From contig PSLI01000002.1 in NCBI GenBank assembly GCA_040289515.1, forward strand, positions 20,014-84,013: a stretch of DNA of 64,000 bases, given 5' to 3'. Below, one piece after another: positions 57,705-64,000 of this stretch. The position numbers and the translations under genes were made by a program. Within the stretch, counting starts at the first letter, position 1; each line of letters starts with the position of its first letter. The notes beneath the pieces are model-generated. The model was not told the origin of the DNA. It saw only the letters and a list, made by a program, of their open reading frames with translations, and did no database searches. The stretch is from Candidatus Sysuimicrobiota bacterium. Lineage in GTDB: Bacteria > Sysuimicrobiota > Sysuimicrobiia > Sysuimicrobiales > Sysuimicrobiaceae.

Positions 57705-58859
57705 GTGGGGGAGCCGGTGGTCGTGGATGCGGTCCGCACACCCATCGGGAAGCGGGACGGGCTGCTGCGGGCTGTGCGGCCCGAGGTGCTGTACGCCCGG
57801 GTGCTGGACGCCCTGCTGCAGCGCAACGGGATCCCCGCAGAGGTGGTGGACGACGTGATCACCGGGTGCGTGACCCAGGCGGGCGAGCAGGGGATGAACG
57901 TGGGGCGGCTGGCGGTGCTGTCCTCGTCCTTGGGCCATCGGGTACCCGCGGTGACCTTGAACCGGATGTGCGGCAGCAGTCAGCAGGCGGTGCACTTCGC
58001 GGCCCAGGCCATCGCCGCGGGCGACGCGCGGGTGGTGATTGCGGGCGGTGTGGAATCCATGACCCGGGTGCCCATGTTCCTGGATATCGGCGATTTGGCG
58101 AAGTTGAGCCCCCCGGTTCAGGGAAAGTACGAGCTGGTGCACCAGGGGGAGTCCGCGGAGCGCATCGCGGACTGGTACGGGCTGTCGCGGCGGGAGCTGG
58201 ACGAGTACAGCTACCGCAGCCACCTGCGGGCCGCCCGCGCCACCCGGGAGGGCTGGTTCCGCGGCCACCTGGTGCCCATCGAAGGCCTGGACCCCCAGGG
58301 CCGTCCCGTGCAGGTGGAGCACGACGAGGGGATCCGGTTCGATCCCTCCCTGGAGTGCATGCTGCAGCTGCCCCCCGTGTTCCGGCCCGACGGCCGCGTC
58401 ACCGCGGGTAACAGCTCCCAGATCTCCGACGGGGCGGCTGCGGTGCTGGTGGTGGACCGGGAGTTCGCCCGGGCCCACGGCCTGAGGGTGCGGGCCCGGT
58501 TCCGGGCGCGGGTGGTGGTGGCGGGAGATCCCACGTTGCAGCTCATGGAGGTGGTTCCCGCCACCCGGGTGGCGCTGCAGCGGGCGGGACTGGCATGGAA
58601 GGACCTGGATGTGGTGGAGATCAACGAGGCCTTCGCCAGTGTGGTGTTGGGCTGGGCTCGGGAGCTGGACGCGAACCTGGAGCGGGTGAACCCCAACGGC
58701 GGAGCCATCGCACACGGCCACCCCCTGGGTGCTACGGGCGCGGTGCTGATGGCCAAGCTGGTGGATGAGCTGGAGCGCCGCGACGGACAGTTCGGCCTGC
58801 AGGTGATGTGCATCGGCCACGGGATGGCCACCGCCACTGTCCTGGAACGGGTAAGCTGA
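57705..58859 (+). CDS. acetyl-CoA C-acetyltransferase (thiolase II)
   Basis: VVDAVRTPIGK N-terminus. Active-site Cys in NRMCGSSQQAV. C-terminal GHPLGATGA and CIGHGMATA. RBS GGAGGTG. Confidence 0.85.
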   Translation: MGEPVVVDAVRTPIGKRDGLLRAVRPEVLYARVLDALLQRNGIPAEVVDDVITGCVTQAGEQGMNVGRLAVLSSSLGHRVPAVTLNRMCGSSQQAVHFAAQAIAAGDARVVIAGGVESMTRVPMFLDIGDLAKLSPPVQGKYELVHQGESAERIADWYGLSRRELDEYSYRSHLRAARATREGWFRGHLVPIEGLDPQGRPVQVEHDEGIRFDPSLECMLQLPPVFRPDGRVTAGNSSQISDGAAAVLVVDREFARAHGLRVRARFRARVVVAGDPTLQLMEVVPATRVALQRAGLAWKDLDVVEINEAFASVVLGWARELDANLERVNPNGGAIAHGHPLGATGAVLMAKLVDELERRDGQFGLQVMCIGHGMATATVLERVS

Positions 58860-58868
58860 AAGCCCCGG

Positions 58869-60299
58869 ATGGAGCAAGAAGCACCGCAAGGGCTGGACGC
58901 CTTCTTCGCGCCGCGGGGCGTGGCCGTGGTGGGCGCTTCCGCGGAGCCGGGTGGGGTGGGTCACCAGATCGTGACGCAGCTGCAGCGGACCCGCTACCAG
59001 GGCGGCGTCTACCCTGTGAACCCAAGAGCCAGGGAGGTGCGAGGCCTTCCCTGCTATCCTACCGTGCTACAGGTGCCGGGCCCCGTGGACCTCGCGGTGG
59101 TGGCTGTCCCGGCGGCCGCATGCCTGGTGGTGGCCGCGCAGCTGGCGGCCCGCCGGCAGCAGCGGAAAGACCTGGCCGGCGCGGTGGTGGTCTCCGGAGG
59201 ATTCGCAGAGACGGGAAAGCAGGGGCGGGAGCTGCAGGACCAGCTGGTCCGCACGCTGCGCACCGCGGGGGTGCGGTTGGTGGGGCCCAACTGCCTGGGA
59301 GTGGCGGACGCCCACACGGGCCTGACGACCAGCTTCGATTTGGGACCGTACCCCGCAGGCGGCGTGTCCCTGCTGAGCCAGAGCGGGGCCTTCGCCATGT
59401 CGTTCCTCCATTGGGCGTTGCCCTGGCAGATGGTCGGTTTGTGTAAGCTGGCCTCCGTGGGCAACATGGCGGACGTGACCCTCACGGAGCTTTTGGCGTA
59501 CCTGGCGGACGACCCGTGCACCCGGGTGGTGGGGGTGTACCTGGAAGGCCTGGCGGACGCGCGGACGTTCGTGCACACCGCGGCCGCGGTGGCCCGACGC
59601 AAGCCGGTGGTGGTGCTGAAGCCCGGGCGTACGGAGGCAGGAGCCCGGGCGGCTTACAGCCACACGGGGTCCGTGACCAGCCCGGACGCCATCTACGAGG
59701 GTGCCTTCCGGCAGGCGGGGGTGATCCGAGCCCGCACGGTGTCGGAGTTCTACGGCGTGGTGCGGGCTCTCGAACGGCTGCCGCTGCCCGCGGGAGAGCG
59801 AGTGGCGGTCCTCAGTGCGGTGGGCGGCCCCGGCACGGTGTGCGTGGACGAGGTGGCCGCGCAGCCTCACCTGCGCCTGGCGCGTTTCTCCCCGCACACC
59901 CTCCAGCGGCTTGCGGCCGTGCTGTCCCCCATCGCCGCCGTGGGCCGGCCGGAAGGCTACGTGGACATGACGGGGGCGCTTTCCGCCCGCACCCACGGGG
60001 ACGCGCTGCGCGTTCTGCTGGAGGACGACGAGGTGGACGCGGTGGTGCTCCTCACGCCGCCCCCGAGCTTCCTGGACGAGGAGGAAGTGGCGCAATCCGT
60101 GCTGGAAGCTTACCACGCACAGCCTGCCGAGCGGCGCAAGCCGGTGCTGGTGGTGCTCACCTTCGGCGACGCGCCAGCCTCCGCGCGGCGGCTGCTGGAA
60201 CAGGGCGGGCTGTGCACCTTCGAGTTCCCGGAGGAGGCGGCCTGGGTTTTGGGCCGCATGGTGGAGTACGTGCGGTTTCGAGCCCGAGGTGGGTCATGA
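58869..60299 (+). CDS. ADP-forming acyl-CoA synthetase alpha subunit (CoA-binding plus ligase-CoA domains)
   Basis: GVAVVGAS...GVYPVNP CoA-binding fold. NCLGV and SQSGA motifs. Confidence 0.8.
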   Translation: MEQEAPQGLDAFFAPRGVAVVGASAEPGGVGHQIVTQLQRTRYQGGVYPVNPRAREVRGLPCYPTVLQVPGPVDLAVVAVPAAACLVVAAQLAARRQQRKDLAGAVVVSGGFAETGKQGRELQDQLVRTLRTAGVRLVGPNCLGVADAHTGLTTSFDLGPYPAGGVSLLSQSGAFAMSFLHWALPWQMVGLCKLASVGNMADVTLTELLAYLADDPCTRVVGVYLEGLADARTFVHTAAAVARRKPVVVLKPGRTEAGARAAYSHTGSVTSPDAIYEGAFRQAGVIRARTVSEFYGVVRALERLPLPAGERVAVLSAVGGPGTVCVDEVAAQPHLRLARFSPHTLQRLAAVLSPIAAVGRPEGYVDMTGALSARTHGDALRVLLEDDEVDAVVLLTPPPSFLDEEEVAQSVLEAYHAQPAERRKPVLVVLTFGDAPASARRLLEQGGLCTFEFPEEAAWVLGRMVEYVRFRARGGS

Positions 60300-60994
60300 A
60301 CCACCCGGTGGTGGCGCGGGCGCTGGAGGAAGGGCGGCTGGCCCTGCGGGAGTGGGAGGCGTACGAGCTGTGTGCCGCTTACGGGATTCCGCACGCGCGG
60401 TGGCTGCTGGCACGCACCGAGGAGGAGGCGGTGGCCGCGTGGCGCCAGCTCGGTGGCGCGGTGGCGCTGAAGGTGGTGTCGCCCGACGTGCTCCACAAGT
60501 CGGACGTGGGCGGGGTTCTGGTGGGCGTGGAGGGTGAACCAGCGATACGGGAAGGCTTCCGACGGCTCTGCGCAGAGCTGGCGCGCCACGCGCCCCAGGC
60601 CCGCTGGGAGGGGGTGCTGGTGCAGCCGGTGATCTCGGGCTGCGCAGAGGTGGTGGTGGGGGGGCTGCGGGACCCGCAGTTCGGCCCCGTGGTGATGGTG
60701 GGCGCCGGAGGGATCTTGGTGGAGGTGCTGCGGGACGTGGCCTTCCGCCTGGCACCCCTGGACCGGGAGGAAGCGCTGGAGCAGATCCGGGAAACGAGCT
60801 GTTACCGGCTGCTGCAGGGCGTGCGGGGCCGGCCACCCGCGGACCCCGCGGCGGTGGCCGAGGTGTTGGTTCGGGTGGGCGAGCTCCTTGTGAGCGAGCC
60901 GCACGTTCGGGAGCTGGACCTCAACCCGGTGGTGGCGGGTCCCCACGGCTGCTGGGCGGTGGACGCCCGGGTGGTCCTGGACGCAGAACCCTAG
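60296..60994 (+). CDS. ADP-forming acyl-CoA synthetase beta subunit (ATP-grasp)
   Basis: ATP-grasp-like sequence VALKVVSPDVLHKSDVGGV. ATGA overlap with the alpha subunit gene. Confidence 0.8.
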   Translation: MNHPVVARALEEGRLALREWEAYELCAAYGIPHARWLLARTEEEAVAAWRQLGGAVALKVVSPDVLHKSDVGGVLVGVEGEPAIREGFRRLCAELARHAPQARWEGVLVQPVISGCAEVVVGGLRDPQFGPVVMVGAGGILVEVLRDVAFRLAPLDREEALEQIRETSCYRLLQGVRGRPPADPAAVAEVLVRVGELLVSEPHVRELDLNPVVAGPHGCWAVDARVVLDAEP

Positions 60995-61063
60995 ATGTCG
61001 TAGCAAAGCCGCGGCGTCCGTCACAGCGGCCCACACTGTCGACGGGATGGTGGAGGTGATGCC

Positions 61064-62293
61064 GTGGACCAGCCCGACGCGGTGGTGATTGGCGCCGGCA
61101 CCGTGGGGCTCAGCTGCGCGTGCGCCTTGGCGGAGGCCGGGCTGCGGATTCTGGTGCTGGAACGCCACCGGCCGGGGGCGGGTGCATCCTGGGCCAACGC
61201 GGGGTGGGTGGTCCCTTCCCACAGCGTGCCTCTGGCCGAGCCCGGGGTTGTGCGCAGGGGCCTGCGCTGGCTTGTCCACCCGGAAAGCCCCGTGTATGTG
61301 CCCCTGCGCGCGGACCGGTTCCTGTGGAGCTGGCTGTGGCGCTTCCTGCGGTCCAGCACCAACTCCCACGTGCGCCGGGCCCTGCCTTTGCTGGTGCGGC
61401 TGCAGCTCCGCAGCTTCAAGCTGTACGAGCGGCTGGCGGTGGAGGAACCGGACTTTGGGTGGTGCCAGGCCGGGTCTTTCACCGTGTTCGCGGACCGGCG
61501 GCAGCTCGAGGAGGCCTGCGAGGAGGTGCGGTGGCTGCGCCAGGAGGGGATCAGGGCAGAGGTGCTGGACGCCCACGGTGTGCGGGAGCGGGAGCCGCTG
61601 CTGCGCGGGGACCTGGTGGGTGGGGTGTACTTCCCCGGGGACGCACACCTGGACCCCGCGGCCCTGGTGGAGGTGCTGGCGCGTCGCGCAGCGCGGCTGG
61701 GCGTGGAGGTGCGCACCGGCCAGGCCGCGCGCTTGCGCCGGCGCGGCCGGATGGTCCTCGTGCAGGCGGACGCAGCGGAGCTGCAGCCCCCAGCGGTGGT
61801 GGTGGCCGCGGGCGCGTGGAGCGGTCTGCTTCTGCGCCAGGCGGGCTTTTCCCTGCCCCTGGTGCCGGCCAAGGGGTACAGCGTGACGGTGACAGACGCG
61901 CAGCTCCCGTCTAGCCCGCTGATGCTGAGCGAGGCCCGGGTCGCGGTAACGCCCCTTCCGGGCGGTCGGTTGCGCCTGGCGGGCACGCTGGAGCTGGGGG
62001 TGTGGAGCCTACGGCCGAATCCACGGCGCGTGGCGGCCATCCGCCGGGCCGCGGCGCGCTACCTCACCGTGGGGCCCGAAGGTGGGGAAGTGTGGGCGGG
62101 TCTGCGCCCGTGCACGCCCGACGGCCTACCCGCGGTGGGCAGGCCGTCGGTAGCGGACAACCTGGTGGTGGCCACGGGGCACGGAACCTTCGGCATCTCC
62201 CTGGCCGCGGTCACCGGGGAGCTGGTGGCAGGCGCGGTGGTGGGCCCAGCGCCCGAGGACCTGCTGCCCCTGAGCCCCGACCGGTTCACCTAG
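61064..62293 (+). CDS. FAD-dependent D-amino-acid dehydrogenase/oxidase family protein
   Basis: DAVVIGAGTVGLSCACALAEAGLRILVLER Rossmann fold. DAO-family C-terminus. Confidence 0.75.
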   Translation: MDQPDAVVIGAGTVGLSCACALAEAGLRILVLERHRPGAGASWANAGWVVPSHSVPLAEPGVVRRGLRWLVHPESPVYVPLRADRFLWSWLWRFLRSSTNSHVRRALPLLVRLQLRSFKLYERLAVEEPDFGWCQAGSFTVFADRRQLEEACEEVRWLRQEGIRAEVLDAHGVREREPLLRGDLVGGVYFPGDAHLDPAALVEVLARRAARLGVEVRTGQAARLRRRGRMVLVQADAAELQPPAVVVAAGAWSGLLLRQAGFSLPLVPAKGYSVTVTDAQLPSSPLMLSEARVAVTPLPGGRLRLAGTLELGVWSLRPNPRRVAAIRRAAARYLTVGPEGGEVWAGLRPCTPDGLPAVGRPSVADNLVVATGHGTFGISLAAVTGELVAGAVVGPAPEDLLPLSPDRFT

Positions 62294-63435
62294 CCCTCGG
62301 GGCGAGCGCGCGCCAGCTGCGCGGCCAGGTGCGCCACCTGGTGTTCCACCTCGGCCGGCATGAGGTGCAGGCCCGGCGGGTAGTGATGACCGTGTTCGAG
62401 CAGGTGCGCAAGGCCGGCCAGCAGCAGGGCGGAGGTGAGGTCGAAGGCGTCGTAAGGGTCGCCCGGCCCGGCAGCTAGGTTGAACATGGCCCCGCCCGCC
62501 AGGAGGTACACCCGCTTGTTGCCCAATCGCACCTCCTCCACGTGCGGCCGCACAAGGCGCGTAGGGTGGCGCCGCAGGGCTTCCACGTCCAGCTCGCGGT
62601 TCGTGTGGCCCACGTTGAGCAGGAAGGCACCGTCCCGGAGGAGCCGGAAGTGCTCTTCCCGCACCACCCCCTCGCGGCCCGTGGCGGTCACCACCACGTC
62701 CGCCAGGGGTAGGGCTTCTTGCAGGGGCCGCACCGCGCAGCCCGCGTGTCGGGCCAAGAGCTGCCGGTGCGCAGCAACCTCCGCCACCATCGGGATGGCG
62801 CCCAGCAGCCGCGCGTACTCCGCCACCCCTTGCCCCACGGGACCGTAGCCCACCACCAGCACGCGCTTGCCGTACAGGGTCACGCGGGCCACGTCGAGGA
62901 ACGTGGACCACGTCACCAGCCCCACCAGGTAGCGGTTGTGCAACCCTTCCTTGAGCGGCAGCGCGTTCCAGTCGAGCACGGGGAACGGCAGGCGCAACGT
63001 CCGGAGCCGCTCCACGCCGGTGCCCGTGGCCTCCATGGCGGCCCGCACAGAACGGGCCACCTCGGGATCGTGGGCAGCGCGACACGCCAGATCTGCCCCC
63101 ATCTCGCACAGGTAGTGCGGCCGCAGGCCCAGGGTCCACCGGAACCCCTCCTCCCAGTCGGAGTCCGACATGCCGCTCCACGCGTGCACTTGGGCCCCGC
63201 AGGCCCGCAGGTGGTCACACACCTCCTGGCGGACGGTGGCAGGGTTACAGGTGACCACCAAGGTTTCGGCACCAGCCCGCAGCACCGCCTCGACCACGGG
63301 GACCGTCTTGATGTCCAGGTGCACGGAGAAGGCCACGCGGGTCCCGCTTAGGGAGCGGCCTGCCACCGTTTCCGCCACGCGCCCCGTGAGGGGCGTGTGC
63401 TGCCGCAGGTACTCCAGCTCCTCCGCGAATCCCAT
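62290..63435 (-). CDS. adenosylhomocysteinase family protein (short form, 381 aa)
   Basis: HLDIKTVPVVEAVLRAGAE, CNP, and the NAD-binding fold LVVGYGPVGQG...NVGHTNRELD. Confidence 0.7.
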   Translation of the reverse strand: MGFAEELEYLRQHTPLTGRVAETVAGRSLSGTRVAFSVHLDIKTVPVVEAVLRAGAETLVVTCNPATVRQEVCDHLRACGAQVHAWSGMSDSDWEEGFRWTLGLRPHYLCEMGADLACRAAHDPEVARSVRAAMEATGTGVERLRTLRLPFPVLDWNALPLKEGLHNRYLVGLVTWSTFLDVARVTLYGKRVLVVGYGPVGQGVAEYARLLGAIPMVAEVAAHRQLLARHAGCAVRPLQEALPLADVVVTATGREGVVREEHFRLLRDGAFLLNVGHTNRELDVEALRRHPTRLVRPHVEEVRLGNKRVYLLAGGAMFNLAAGPGDPYDAFDLTSALLLAGLAHLLEHGHHYPPGLHLMPAEVEHQVAHLAAQLARARPEG

Positions 63436-63561
63436 GGGCTGCCCGGGTACCCGGCGCAGATGGTACCATGCCGGCCCGCAAACCCGCAGCCGCAGGCTTA
63501 GCAGGAATGACGGCGCGGGCTGCGAAGACGGTGGAAAAACCCCATCGGGGAGGTGGTGACC

Positions 63562-64000
63562 GTGTGCGGGCCGGTGGTGATGGAGGCGGTGGCGAAGGAG
63601 GTGAGCCGCCGTGGGTTTCTGAAGGGCGCGGCGGCGGCGGTGGCGGCGGCGGTGGGGACGCAGCTTTTGGACCCTCGCCCGCTGTTGGCGTCGCCGGGGA
63701 TCCGCGGGTTCCGCCGGATCCGAGACCTCACCCACACCCTGAAGCCCACGTTCCCGTCGTTTTCAGGGCAGCCCGTGTTCAAGAGCGAGGTGGCCGTCAC
63801 CGTCCAGAAGGACGGCTACTACGGACTCAACGTGAGCTACTTCGAGCACATCGGCACCCACATGGACGCGCCCGCGCACTTCGGTGACGGCGCCCGCACC
63901 GTGGAGCAGCTGTCGCCCGCGGTGCTGGTGGCACCCGTGGCCGTGGTGCACATCCATGAGCGCGCTGCCAAGGACCCAGACGCCCAGGTCACGCCGGACG
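63562..64000 (+). CDS. Tat-secreted cyclase-family protein (kynurenine formamidase-like), 3' partial
   Basis: Tat signal SRRGFLKGAAAAVAAA. Cyclase motif HIGTHMDAPAHF. It runs off the window end. Confidence 0.6.
   Translation, partial: MCGPVVMEAVAKEVSRRGFLKGAAAAVAAAVGTQLLDPRPLLASPGIRGFRRIRDLTHTLKPTFPSFSGQPVFKSEVAVTVQKDGYYGLNVSYFEHIGTHMDAPAHFGDGARTVEQLSPAVLVAPVAVVHIHERAAKDPDAQVTPD

Noticed and set aside
57597-58964. Upstream 450 codons of track ORF 56832..58964(-).
   Set aside because: It is antisense to the thiolase gene and has no similarity to the dehydrogenase family N-terminus.

Overview
This is a 64 kb, very high-GC (about 70%+) chromosomal core region. Gene order is Firmicutes-like: ileS-ylyA-lspA-rluD-pyrR and yicC-remA-...-priA-def-fmt-rsmB-rlmN-...-rpe. 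Many genes start at GTG and overlap the upstream stop (GTGA/ATGA), which is consistent with translational coupling. I found no CRISPR array, transposase, integrase or recognisable defence system.

The window contains these blocks:
- A menaquinone cluster: menF-menD-menB-menA-menE.
- An osmC gene.
- A suf operon, sufC-sufB-sufD-Rieske-sufS-sufU, with a clear promoter and palindromic operator.
- A TlpA-like thioredoxin, a DUF881 protein and a geranylgeranyl-reductase-family flavoprotein.
- tRNA-Leu(CAA) and tRNA-Val(TAC), then a hotdog thioesterase.
- A T-box leader in front of ileS.
- An FHA-FHA-SEDS-PBP-PASTA kinase module.
- rpsA and tRNA-Pro(CGG).
- A TPP riboswitch in front of thiO-thiS-thiG-thiE.
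- rnhA, whose 3' end overlaps the RNase P RNA gene.
- Assorted metabolic genes (thiolase, ADP-forming acyl-CoA synthetase subunits, adenosylhomocysteinase-like, and others).

The most unusual feature is the actinobacterial-style FHA/SEDS/PBP/PASTA-kinase module sitting at the Firmicutes prpC-prkC position. Its PBP has all three catalytic motifs substituted (YPPGRTFG, GCT, VRG), and no PP2C phosphatase is present.

All family assignments come from motif-level reading of the six-frame track. No database searches were run. Non-CDS coordinates may be off by 1-2 nt.
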